From an uncultured Candidatus Saccharibacteria bacterium (GTDB taxonomy: Bacteria > Patescibacteriota > Doudnabacteria > UBA920): a stretch of DNA of 57,503 nucleotides. The first letter of the stretch is position 1; every line of letters starts with the position of its first letter. Below the pieces are notes generated by a model. It saw only the letters and a list, made by a program, of their open reading frames with translations. It was not told the origin of the DNA and made no database searches. Position numbers and translations under genes: made by a program. This document shows positions 9,001 through 16,667 of the stretch, piece after piece. The stretch is from NCBI GenBank assembly GCA_964520505.1, contig CAZFQP010000005.1, forward strand, positions 1 to 57,503. The letters are read 5' to 3'.

Positions 9001-9136
9001 AATAACGAAGGTTCTGCCAGCCGTATCCCGCTTTTCTCCAACTGGTGAACGTACGCAGAAACGAGATAGTGTTATTGATAAATTGACAAAATTCTTTGAG
9101 AGATTTTTTGATATTTCTGGTGGAAAATTAAACTAA
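6080..9136 (+). CDS. hsdR: type I restriction enzyme, endonuclease/translocase subunit HsdR
   Basis: 1018 aa with a nuclease-type N-terminal domain, helicase motif I HTTGSGKTLT, motif II FDECHRSQ and a C-terminal helical domain. The start overlaps the hsdS end by 11 nt. Confidence 0.95.
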   Translation: MSSNFKYNLVSENPQSTVVGEYVAETARVAYYQSEAELESAFIKQLETQAYDYLKITSEADLILNLRKQLEKLNGFTFTNIEWDHFFVSELANPNQSIEEKTATIQEDHIKNLTRDDGSIKNIYLIKKDNIHDNSLQVINQYSTEDGQSSNRYDVTVLVNGLPLIHIELKRRGVAIKEAFNQINRYQRESFWASSGLFEYVQLFVISNGTHTKYYSNTTRLEHIKEANEGAAKKGKRTSNSFEFTSWWADATNRPITDLMDFAKTFFAKHVILNILTKYCVFTTDRLLLVMRPYQIVATERILSRIEVSTNYKKLGTTEAGGYIWHTTGSGKTLTSFKTAQLVSKLPYIEKVLFVVDRKDLDYQTMREYDKFEKGAANSNTSTAILKKQLENPNSRIIITTIQKLDRFIGRNVGHNIFDGHIVIIFDECHRSQFGDMHAAIAKAFKNYHIFGFTGTPIFAINASSSGRPDLKTTEQAFGNKLHTYTIVDAIADKNVLPFKVDYISTVHEAENIEDKKVSDIDREAILAAPERLENIVRYICEHFDQKTKRNSYYKIKERRLAGFNSIFAVSSIEIAKKYYAEFKKQLADLPSDKRLKVATIYSFGVNDEDADGMIDENSEDTSGLDVSSRDFLENAIADYNVMFGTSYDTSSDKFQNYYKDVSQRVKDREIDILIVVNMFLTGFDATTLNTLWVDKNLRLHGLLQAYSRTNRILNSVKTFGNIICFRNLEKATNEAIALFGDKEASGIVLLKAYADYYHGYKDGDKEVRGYESFVKELLEKFPVGQRILGEQNQKDFIKLYGAILRLRNILVTFDEFAGNEILTERDVQDYHSMYIDIYNEFRKIAEEEKENVNDDVVFEMELIKQIEINIDYVLSLVKKYHEDHTKNRELLIDINKAIDSSVELRNKKDLINQFITSLNVNSVVDKDWQKFVEQKKVEELEKIIENENLDREATYTFITNAFRDGRVATTGTAITKVLPAVSRFSPTGERTQKRDSVIDKLTKFFERFFDISGGKLN

Positions 9137-9161
9137 AATAAAACAGCAACTTATTTTATTT

Positions 9162-9557
9162 ATGAAAAAACTTAGTGTAATTCCCGAAGATAAAGTTATT
9201 GAGGCTGTTTTGGGGTGGGCTTATAAACAGGGTTGGGGCCTGAGGCCAAAAATTAAACATGGTCACAAGCAGGGGGTGGACTTGGAATTAACCAACGAAA
9301 AAACTAAGCACAAGTATTTTATTGAATGTAAAGGTGGGCCTCATGACGAGGTAAATTTTGTTTATTCTTTGGGGCAAATAATCACCCGAATGAACCGCAT
9401 TCCAAAAGGTGTAAATTATGGTATTGCCTTGCCAACCAAATCTGCTGAAATAGCCAGACGAAGAATTCCAAAAGGCTTTGCAACCAGAAATAAATTAACC
9501 ATATTTTCAGTATCGAATTCTGGGGTTGTGAAAAGATTTGTGCCAACTGAATTTTAA
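9162..9557 (+). CDS. small PD-(D/E)XK-like (restriction-endonuclease-fold) protein, hypothetical
   Basis: GVDLEL...KYFIECKG fits a D...E-x-K nuclease motif. It lies 25 nt downstream of hsdR. Confidence 0.4.
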   Translation: MKKLSVIPEDKVIEAVLGWAYKQGWGLRPKIKHGHKQGVDLELTNEKTKHKYFIECKGGPHDEVNFVYSLGQIITRMNRIPKGVNYGIALPTKSAEIARRRIPKGFATRNKLTIFSVSNSGVVKRFVPTEF

Positions 9558-9594
9558 TTTAGGAAAATAAATGAGAATATAGCCCATTAATTAC

Positions 9595-9987
9595 ATGTTT
9601 AATTTTCTTTTTCATATGGATTCTCACGAACAAAGATTAGAGGAATATATTCAAAAACCTGAGAAAGATTTGCTCAGAGTTATTGAGTATGAGCAAGTCT
9701 CTCCAAATGTTGATTTTGCAAAATCCGTTTTACAGGTCAAGTTACAGCAAAGTATCTCCGCGCTTAATAAAACCGTTGAAGCAAGCACTAAGGAGACCGA
9801 AAAACAAAACAGTGTAATGATAAATTTGACCATGGTTTTATTTTTTGTGGCTGTGTTGCAAATTATTGTACCTATTTGGATGAGCAATCTAGCTCAATGG
9901 CCCAAAGCAGGAATAAGCATCGTTACTATTTTAATAATAGCTTGGGCTTTTTGGTATATCTTTAAAGAACAAAAGATTAAAAAATAA
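9595..9987 (+). CDS. hypothetical protein with two C-terminal TM helices
   Basis: A helical N-terminal half is followed by the hydrophobic segments INLTMVLFFVAVLQIIVPIWM and ISIVTILIIAWAFWYIF. Confidence 0.5.
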   Translation: MFNFLFHMDSHEQRLEEYIQKPEKDLLRVIEYEQVSPNVDFAKSVLQVKLQQSISALNKTVEASTKETEKQNSVMINLTMVLFFVAVLQIIVPIWMSNLAQWPKAGISIVTILIIAWAFWYIFKEQKIKK

Positions 9988-10021
9988 TTACATATTTAAT
10001 TACTTGATTTCAACAAATTTT

Positions 10022-10534
10022 ATGTCTAAAATCATTTGGATTGTAGTAATAATGTTGGTTGTAATAGCAATTAAGTATGTAGCTGAAACATATTTTAAAG
10101 AGGGTAAAAGTACGTTAGATTTTTCGGTTTACGAGCGAAAGACTTATTTGTTTGATGCCGCTTCGGAATTTAACTTGTTTAAAGTTCTTGTTCAATTATT
10201 TGGCGATAAATATTATATCTTTCCCCAGGTAAATTATAGCCATTTAATCCAACCCAAAAAAACTACTTGGGCAGAAGAAAAAAAGTACAGAAGTCGCATA
10301 GACAGAAAATCGGCAGATTTTGTTTTATGCGATAAAGACCGCGTTGTGCCCCAGCTTATTATTGAGTTAGACGGGAGTGTGCATAATTTTAAGAGTAAGC
10401 AGGCGAGAGACGAATTTATAAATGCAATTACAAATATCGTAAACCTTCCCTTATTGCACATTAAAACCGGAATTATGGATAAAGAATACATTCGCGCCAC
10501 TATCACCGAAAAATTAAACCAATCAAAAACTTAA
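10022..10534 (+). CDS. membrane-anchored DUF2726-like (nuclease-fold) protein
   Basis: An N-terminal TM (IIWIVVIMLVVIAIKYV) is followed by YYIFPQVNYSHL, SADFVLCD and IIELDGSVH, typical of DUF2726. ATG at 10022 is preferred over the TTG at 10004 in the track. Confidence 0.6.
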   Translation: MSKIIWIVVIMLVVIAIKYVAETYFKEGKSTLDFSVYERKTYLFDAASEFNLFKVLVQLFGDKYYIFPQVNYSHLIQPKKTTWAEEKKYRSRIDRKSADFVLCDKDRVVPQLIIELDGSVHNFKSKQARDEFINAITNIVNLPLLHIKTGIMDKEYIRATITEKLNQSKT

Positions 10535-10555
10535 TAATGCCAAATCCTCCCTGGG

Positions 10556-10579
10556 TGGACAATTCGCGCGAATTGTCCA
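10556..10579. repeat. perfect 24-bp palindrome TGGACAATTCGCGCGAATTGTCCA, copy 1
   Basis: Read directly. Flanking bases extend the inverted repeat to about 10542-10590. Confidence 0.95.
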
Positions 10580-10635
10580 GTGGAGAGGATTAAGATTATT
10601 GGGGTTAGTGCGGACATTTTTTTCGCAAAACTTTT

Positions 10636-11280
10636 ATGAAACCAAAATTTAGGTTCAAACCGCCAAAGTGGTGGGAATGTCAGTGGAGAAGAATTACTTG
10701 CGGGAAAGATTCTTGCCGGCTATGCGGTAGCATAAATAAACGCAGAAGATATCATTTAGCCAAAGGAGAAGACCCGGATAGCATGGAAAGTGTATTTTCA
10801 GATGTAAGCAGCTCGTTTATTGAAACACTTGAATTACTCAAGAAGCAAAGTGAGAAACTTGGAGTAAATTTGGCAGACATGGAAGATGTTGAAGAAAATG
10901 AGCCGCCTGATTATTCCAGCAATCCAATTTTTCAGCGAGTAGAAAAATGGCACAAAGGAATTGCTAAGCTGGGCTTAGAGGCTGAAGATGCTTTTTTAGC
11001 TTGGAGGCACAGTGACGCCGGCAAAGATTTACTTTGGTATCCATCCATGTTGGTAGTTAAACTACGAAGACAGCTAGATAATCTTTGGGAGCTATCTAAC
11101 GGACACGAATATATAGATATGGATATTGAATATACTGCTTATATTTTAAGGGAATCCATAACGATTTTAAAAAAAGCCTTGGTAGAACTTTCCTCTTTGC
11201 GAACACCGCAAAAAATTGACTTCACACTTTATTTAAACGAACTGGAAAACATTGAGCCCGATATTTTAAAACTTAAGTAA
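10636..11280 (+). CDS. hypothetical protein with N-terminal Cys cluster
   Basis: 214-aa ORF. The N-terminus carries CQWRRITCGKDSCRLCG and the remainder is helical and acidic. I do not recognise the family. Confidence 0.55.
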   Translation: MKPKFRFKPPKWWECQWRRITCGKDSCRLCGSINKRRRYHLAKGEDPDSMESVFSDVSSSFIETLELLKKQSEKLGVNLADMEDVEENEPPDYSSNPIFQRVEKWHKGIAKLGLEAEDAFLAWRHSDAGKDLLWYPSMLVVKLRRQLDNLWELSNGHEYIDMDIEYTAYILRESITILKKALVELSSLRTPQKIDFTLYLNELENIEPDILKLK

Positions 11281-11296
11281 CCTGACATCTCCCGGG

Positions 11297-11320
11297 TGGA
11301 CAATTCGCGCGAATTGTCCA
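11297..11320. repeat. perfect 24-bp palindrome TGGACAATTCGCGCGAATTGTCCA, copy 2
   Basis: Read directly. It extends to GGGTGGACAATTCGCGCGAATTGTCCACCC (11294-11323). Confidence 0.95.
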
Positions 11321-11341
11321 CCCACAGAAAAGTGGTATAAT
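11314..11341 (+). promoter_or_regulatory. candidate promoter of the ArsR-family gene, with its -35 inside palindrome copy 2
   Basis: TTGTCC (11314-11319), 16-nt spacer, TGG-TATAAT (extended -10, TATAAT at 11336-11341), 25 nt upstream of the ATG. Confidence 0.4.
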
Positions 11342-11366
11342 TAGAGCAAAGAAGTAACAAAATTAT

Positions 11367-11633
11367 ATGAGCAAGCGTTGGACAATAGTTTTTAAGGCTT
11401 TGGGTAACCTAAACCGAATTAAAATCATCCAAATGTTATCTAAGGGGGTAAAATTAAACGTTACTGATATAGCCGATGAGCTTGGAATTTCACTAAAAGC
11501 AACATCGCAGCATTTAATTATTTTGCAAAATTTAGATGTGCTAGAGGCCGAAGGAATGCAAGGCCACGTATTTTATTCTTTAAACACCTCTCTGCCTACC
11601 GATATAAAAAATGCTACTAAGCTATTTTTATAA
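11367..11633 (+). CDS. ArsR/SmtB-family winged-helix transcriptional regulator
   Basis: ALGNLNRIKIIQML...VTDIADELGISLKATSQHLIILQNLDVLEAE...VFYSLN matches the ArsR HTH and wing pattern. Confidence 0.8.
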   Translation: MSKRWTIVFKALGNLNRIKIIQMLSKGVKLNVTDIADELGISLKATSQHLIILQNLDVLEAEGMQGHVFYSLNTSLPTDIKNATKLFL

Positions 11634-11645
11634 TAATTTTTCAAC

Positions 11646-11669
11646 TGGACAATTCGCGCGAATTGTCCA
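11646..11669. repeat. perfect 24-bp palindrome TGGACAATTCGCGCGAATTGTCCA, copy 3
   Basis: Read directly. It lies 12 nt after the ArsR-family stop codon and is followed downstream by a GGGTTTTTTT stretch. Confidence 0.95.
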
Positions 11670-11750
11670 CCCGGGGATTGGTGGGGTGTGGGTTTTTTTG
11701 GGATTTAAGGGCTGCGGGGTGGGGTGAAATAGTATATAATATATTACATC

Positions 11751-12806
11751 ATGCAAATTCAGGAAAATGTTCTTTTAGCCCCATATACTACATTCAAAAT
11801 TGGCGGACAGGCCAGGTATTTTTGTATTGTTAAAGATCAATTTGATGCTTTAGAGGCTTATGAGTTTGCCCAAAAGCATAAGCTAGGTGTATTTATTTTA
11901 GGCGGCGGGAGTAATTTGCTGGTCAGCGACCAGGGTTTTAACGGCCTGGTAATTAAAGTAGTTAACAAAGGCATTGAGATTTTAAGCGAAGAGGATAATA
12001 AAGTTTTACTTAAAGTGGCATCCGGCGAAGTTTGGGACGAGGCCGTGGCTTTTGCCGTAAATAATAACTGGTGGGGAATGGAAAATTTGTCTCACATTCC
12101 GGGCTCTACCGGAGCCATTGCCGTGCAGAATGTTGGCGCTTACGGCCAGGAAGCCAGTAAAATTATTACCGAAGCCTCGGTGTTCGACACAAAGACACAT
12201 CAAATTATTAGCATTAACAATGCCGACTGCGGCTTTGCGTATAGGCAAAGTATTTTTAATACCTCACAAAAAGGCCGCTACATAATTTTTCATATTGTCT
12301 TTTGCTTGAGCAAAACTCCACAGCCTATTTTAAGCTACCGGGATTTGCAAAACAAATTTGCCGGAGCTAGCCCGAGCCTTGAGGAAATAAGACAAGCGGT
12401 TATAGAAATCCGCGACAAAAAATTTCCGTTTCCGGTGCAGGCAAAAAACGGCAACGCCGGATCTTTCTTTAAAAATCCGATTTTAACCCAACAAGAATTT
12501 AAAAATCTATTAAACGTTTTAGGAAAAAACTTTGGTGCGGAAGCCGGGGAAAATTTTCAGAAAAAAAAGTTTGAAGAAAACGGACAAATAAAAATCCCGG
12601 CTGCTTACTTAATAGATATTTGCGGCTTAAAAGATTTGCAGAGCGGGGGAGCGGCTATTAACAAAAATCAACCACTGGTTATTGTAAACCAAAGCGGCAG
12701 TGCCACAGCTGCGGACGTTTTAGCCTTAGCCGAAAAGGTTAAAACCGAGGTTAGCCGTAAAACCGGAATTTCTTTAAAATTTGAACCGGAATTTTTAGGA
12801 TTTTAG
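11751..12806 (+). CDS. murB: UDP-N-acetylenolpyruvoylglucosamine reductase
   Basis: [29 protein letters not shown] and a C-terminal MurB domain (GSFFKNP...AAYLID). Confidence 0.9.
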   Translation: MQIQENVLLAPYTTFKIGGQARYFCIVKDQFDALEAYEFAQKHKLGVFILGGGSNLLVSDQGFNGLVIKVVNKGIEILSEEDNKVLLKVASGEVWDEAVAFAVNNNWWGMENLSHIPGSTGAIAVQNVGAYGQEASKIITEASVFDTKTHQIISINNADCGFAYRQSIFNTSQKGRYIIFHIVFCLSKTPQPILSYRDLQNKFAGASPSLEEIRQAVIEIRDKKFPFPVQAKNGNAGSFFKNPILTQQEFKNLLNVLGKNFGAEAGENFQKKKFEENGQIKIPAAYLIDICGLKDLQSGGAAINKNQPLVIVNQSGSATAADVLALAEKVKTEVSRKTGISLKFEPEFLGF

Positions 12807-12823
12807 GACACCTGTGCTATAAT
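12795..12823 (+). promoter_or_regulatory. candidate promoter for hpf (extended -10)
   Basis: TTAGGA, 17-nt spacer, TGC-TATAAT (TATAAT at 12818-12823). Confidence 0.35.
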
Positions 12824-12850
12824 TTAAGAGTAAACTTTAACCAATATCAA

Positions 12851-13171
12851 ATGAAATTTAACATAAAAGCCACCAACACCACAGCCACCCCCTCAATTAA
12901 AGCCTTTATAGACGAAAAATTAGAAACTCTGGCTAAATTTTTAAAGCCGGAAGATAAAATTCGCGTAGAAATTGAAGTAGACAAAAAACGCACCGGTGAA
13001 TTTCCGTTCCGCGCGGAAATAGACATTCAGCCCCGTGGCCATTACGCCGAAGCTCGCGGTATAGATATTTACGCCGCTTTTGACCTGGTCATCCCGAAAA
13101 TTAAGGAACAACTGACCAGATTAAAAGACAAACAAATTAGCCAGCGCCGCAGAATTAAGAGAGTTAAATAA
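12851..13171 (+). CDS. hpf: ribosome hibernation factor (HPF/RaiA family)
   Basis: It has the length and pattern of S30AE/HPF proteins (NIKATN...[12 protein letters not shown]..., AEIDI..., [17 protein letters not shown]). Confidence 0.8.
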   Translation: MKFNIKATNTTATPSIKAFIDEKLETLAKFLKPEDKIRVEIEVDKKRTGEFPFRAEIDIQPRGHYAEARGIDIYAAFDLVIPKIKEQLTRLKDKQISQRRRIKRVK

Positions 13172-13263
13172 AAACAATGCTCAATATCGCCAAAATTCAA
13201 CAGAACTGGTGGACCTTGCGTAACCCGCAAGGCTTGGTTTAGATTACTTTTCGTTTCAATCTA

Positions 13264-13291
13264 CGCCTCCCTTAAGCGGGAGGCGTTTTTT
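13264..13291 (+). terminator. rho-independent terminator
   Basis: CGCCTCCC-TTAAGC-GGGAGGCG is followed by TTTTTT. Confidence 0.75.
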
Positions 13292-13321
13292 AATGTAGAC
13301 AAATGCCAAAGGAGGCAAAAT

Positions 13322-13492
13322 ATGAGTTACGAACTGCAATCTGCTTGTTGGATTAACAACAACCAGTTAACGGTAAGTTACCGAACAAAAAGCATGCTTG
13401 GCGTGACGTCCGGCTTAAAAATCGAGCTAATGGCCAGAGATGAGTTTATTACAAAGTTCGGCCGCCGCTGCCTGCCGCCCAAACCTCGTTAG
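13322..13492 (+). CDS. unannotated 56-aa ORF upstream of secA
   Basis: MSYELQSACWINNNQLTVSYRTKSMLGVTSGLKIELMARDEFITKFGRRCLPPKPR, preceded by AAAGGAGG 6 nt upstream. It is too short to appear in the supplied ORF track. Confidence 0.4.
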   Translation: MSYELQSACWINNNQLTVSYRTKSMLGVTSGLKIELMARDEFITKFGRRCLPPKPR

Positions 13493-13511
13493 AGGTTTGG
13501 GCGGCCTTTTC
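13474..13511 (+). terminator. 14-bp perfect stem hairpin overlapping the stop codon of the small ORF
   Basis: GCCGCCCAAACCTC-GTTA-GAGGTTTGGGCGGC is followed by CTTTTC. The T-tract is weak. Confidence 0.55.
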
Positions 13512-13535
13512 ACATTCAGCGTTTTTTGGTATAAT
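13509..13535 (+). promoter_or_regulatory. candidate secA promoter (extended -10)
   Basis: TGG-TATAAT (TATAAT at 13530-13535) with a weak TTCACA at 13509-13514 and a short 15-nt spacer. Confidence 0.35.
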
Positions 13536-13580
13536 TTAACCACTGTTTTCACGGATTAAATCTTCTAAGAAAGGATTAAA

Positions 13581-16277
13581 ATGTCATTTTTAAGCAGCTT
13601 TTTTAACGCCGACAAGAGCCCTTTGGAAAAATATGCCGCCGAGTTAAAACTGGCCGACTCATTTCAAAATGAAGTCGCGGGCTTAAGCCAGGAGCAAATA
13701 AGGGTGGAAATAAAAAACTACCGCGAGGAAATTAAAAAACTGGAAGAAGACAAAGAAGTTTTTGAGTATTTAATTAAAATCGCGCCAAAAGTTTTTGCCT
13801 TAACGCGCGAAGCCTCCAAGAGAGCCATTGGACAATTTCACTATCAAGTTCAATTAGCCGGAGGTTTGGCCTTGGCTACCGGAAAAATCGCGGAAATGAA
13901 AACCGGTGAAGGTAAAACTTTAACCGCCACTTTGCCGTTGGTGCTTTACGCCTTGGCCGGCCGCGGCGCGCACTTGGTGACCGTTAACGACTACTTGGCC
14001 AGATGGCAAGCCAGTTTAATGGGTCCCATATATTCTTACTTAGGTCTTTCCGTGGCCTCTATTCAGCACGAGGCGTCTTTTATGTATGACAACAGCTATC
14101 AGCCGGTGCAGGAAGAAATAGACAAGCTGGAAGGCGAGACGCAAGGTCTGGTTTTGGACGTAAAACATATGCGCCCGGTATCAAGGCGCGAAGCTTACGG
14201 TGCGGATATTACTTACGGCACCAACAACGAATATGGGTTTGATTATTTGCGCGACAACATGGTGCAAAACGTGGATCAGTTGGTCCAGCGTGAGTTATTT
14301 TTTGCCATTGTAGATGAAGTAGACAGCATTTTAATTGACGAGGCCAGAACTCCGTTAATTATTTCCACGCCCGACACCGAGCCAACCAGCAAATATTACG
14401 AATTTGCCAAATTAGTTGAACGGCTAACAGATACCGAAGACTATGTGGTGGACGAAAAACACAAAGCCGCTTCGCTTAACGACTCCGGCATCAACAAAAT
14501 TGAAAAAATATTAAAAGTGGCGAATATTTATGACACGTCCAAAGGCGTGACTACCATTCACCATATAGAGCAAGCCCTGCGAGCCAAAACATTGTTTAAA
14601 AAAGACCGCGATTACGTGGTGCGCGACGGTGAAATAATTATTGTAGACGAATTTACCGGCCGCTTAATGTTTGGCCGGCGCTATAGCGAAGGGTTGCATC
14701 AGGCCATAGAAGCCAAAGAAAACGTAAAAATTCAGGCCGAGAGCAAAACCTTGGCCACTATTACTTTCCAAAACTTATTTCGTTTGTATAAAAAATTGTC
14801 CGGAATGACCGGTACGGCCAAAACCGAAGAAGAAGAATTCTTTAAAATTTACCAGTTGACGGTAGAACAAATTCCAACCAACCAGCCAATGGTACGCGAC
14901 GACAAGGCCGATATGGTTTATAAAACAGAAGAAGCCAAGTTTAAAGCCATTGCCCAAGAGGTTAAGGCGCGCCACAAAAATAACCAGCCGGTGTTAATTG
15001 GTACGGTGAGCATTGCGAAAAATGAAATGCTGGCCGAAGTGCTAAAACAAGAAGGTTTACCGTTTGAAATTTTAAACGCGAAAAACCATGAACGGGAAGC
15101 GCATATTATTTCCCAAGCCGGCCGACCCGGACAAATTACTTTGGCGACCAACATTGCCGGACGTGGGGTGGACATTTTACTCGGTGGTAACCCCATAGAC
15201 CAGGAAGAAGCAAAAAAAGTGCGGGAGTCTGGTGGTTTGCATATTTTAGGAACCGAGCGCCACGAATCCCGGCGCATAGACAACCAGTTGCGTGGACGCG
15301 CGGGACGCCAAGGCGACCCGGGCAGTTCGCAGTTCTTTGTGTCTATGGAAGACGACCTTATGCGTTTGTTTGGCGGCGACCGGATGAAGAGTTTAATGAA
15401 TACTTTAGGTATGGCCGACGACCAGCCCATAGAAGCCAAAATGGTTTCCCGCAGCATTGAACAAGCGCAAAAAAAGATTGAAGGCCTAAACTTTGACACC
15501 AGAAAACACGTGCTTGAGTTTGACGATGTCTTAAACCATCAGCGCAATATTATTTATAAAAAGCGCCGCGGTTATTTGGCCGGCACCGAAGAAAGCAAAC
15601 AGGTTGATTTGAAAGCAGACATTCTTGGTATGGCCAAAGAGGAATTGGGCGAGCTGGTGCAAATGCATTTAAACCAAATTGACGAGGGAGGAAACAGAAA
15701 AGAAGATTGGGACAGTTTGGTTAAGGCCGTTGGCACAATAATTCCGGTGGATCAAAAAATTATCAATGCCGCCAAAGAAGCCGGCAGTAACGCAGCCGAC
15801 AAAGAGTTTGCCATTACTGACACGTTTTATAAAGCCGTTTCTGATTATTGGGAAGCCAAGGAAAAGGAAATGGGTAAGGAAGTGTTTGAAGGAGCACAAA
15901 GGTTTGTGGCTTTGCAGTCGTTAGATAATTTGTGGATGGAGCACTTAGACACTATGGACCATTTGCGCGACTCTGTGCGTCTACGCGGTTATGGCCAGCG
16001 CGACCCGTTGGTGGAATATAAAAAAGAAGGTTTTATTATGTTCCAAAGTCTGGTTAAGGAAATGAATAAGCAAATTGTTTATACCATCTTCCACATTTCT
16101 ATTCAGGTAAACCAACAACCGAACCAGCAACAGCCGCTAAAAGAATTAGTCACCAGCTCCGCTTCCGGCTCAGTGCAAACCGGTGGCGCAGCCGACCCCA
16201 AATACGCCGGCGTAGGCCGCAACGACCCTTGCCCATGTGGGAGTGGAAAGAAATTTAAAAAGTGTCATAGAAAGTAA
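13581..16277 (+). CDS. secA: preprotein translocase ATPase SecA
   Basis: Walker A MKTGEGKTL, DEVDSILIDEARTPLIIS, TNIAGRGVDI, and a C-terminal zinc finger CPCGSGKKFKKCH. Confidence 0.97.
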   Translation: MSFLSSFFNADKSPLEKYAAELKLADSFQNEVAGLSQEQIRVEIKNYREEIKKLEEDKEVFEYLIKIAPKVFALTREASKRAIGQFHYQVQLAGGLALATGKIAEMKTGEGKTLTATLPLVLYALAGRGAHLVTVNDYLARWQASLMGPIYSYLGLSVASIQHEASFMYDNSYQPVQEEIDKLEGETQGLVLDVKHMRPVSRREAYGADITYGTNNEYGFDYLRDNMVQNVDQLVQRELFFAIVDEVDSILIDEARTPLIISTPDTEPTSKYYEFAKLVERLTDTEDYVVDEKHKAASLNDSGINKIEKILKVANIYDTSKGVTTIHHIEQALRAKTLFKKDRDYVVRDGEIIIVDEFTGRLMFGRRYSEGLHQAIEAKENVKIQAESKTLATITFQNLFRLYKKLSGMTGTAKTEEEEFFKIYQLTVEQIPTNQPMVRDDKADMVYKTEEAKFKAIAQEVKARHKNNQPVLIGTVSIAKNEMLAEVLKQEGLPFEILNAKNHEREAHIISQAGRPGQITLATNIAGRGVDILLGGNPIDQEEAKKVRESGGLHILGTERHESRRIDNQLRGRAGRQGDPGSSQFFVSMEDDLMRLFGGDRMKSLMNTLGMADDQPIEAKMVSRSIEQAQKKIEGLNFDTRKHVLEFDDVLNHQRNIIYKKRRGYLAGTEESKQVDLKADILGMAKEELGELVQMHLNQIDEGGNRKEDWDSLVKAVGTIIPVDQKIINAAKEAGSNAADKEFAITDTFYKAVSDYWEAKEKEMGKEVFEGAQRFVALQSLDNLWMEHLDTMDHLRDSVRLRGYGQRDPLVEYKKEGFIMFQSLVKEMNKQIVYTIFHISIQVNQQPNQQQPLKELVTSSASGSVQTGGAADPKYAGVGRNDPCPCGSGKKFKKCHRK

Positions 16278-16278
16278 T

Positions 16279-16632
16279 ATGAAAATAGAAACAGGAAATC
16301 TTGATGTTCTAAGAGAAAATGATCCTGAGCGAAAAGGATGGGTGGCTGGCGATTTTATTGATCACCAATCACTGAGATATTCAAATAACTGCTCGATAAA
16401 ATGGGCATATCATCCAAAAGGATTGAGAAAGACTTCAGGTTCTGGCTTGAATGCCAATACCCGAACTATGGTCATATTAATTTCCGGAGTATGGCTAACT
16501 AGGCTTCTAGAAGATGGTCGAGAAATCATCCTATCTAACCCGGGAGATTATTTAATTTACGAAAATGCCAAGCATGAAAACGAAGCGATAGAAGATAGTA
16601 GGGTAATGGTTATTAGGTGGAAAGAAAAATAA
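16279..16632 (+). CDS. hypothetical beta-barrel (cupin-like) protein
   Basis: ATG lies 1 nt after the secA stop. The track start at 16237 lies inside secA. The pattern WVAGDF...MVILISG...PGDYLIYE...H is cupin-like, but this is a weak call. Confidence 0.45.
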   Translation: MKIETGNLDVLRENDPERKGWVAGDFIDHQSLRYSNNCSIKWAYHPKGLRKTSGSGLNANTRTMVILISGVWLTRLLEDGREIILSNPGDYLIYENAKHENEAIEDSRVMVIRWKEK

Positions 16633-16667
16633 TAATTTAAAGATTAATTAATTTATAAAGGAAAAAT

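Noticed and set aside
14918-15499. 193-aa minus-strand ORF inside secA (also 14775-14975 and 15669-15899)
   Set aside because: It is antisense to the secA coding sequence. Its Arg/Ser/Pro-rich composition is typical of shadow ORFs.
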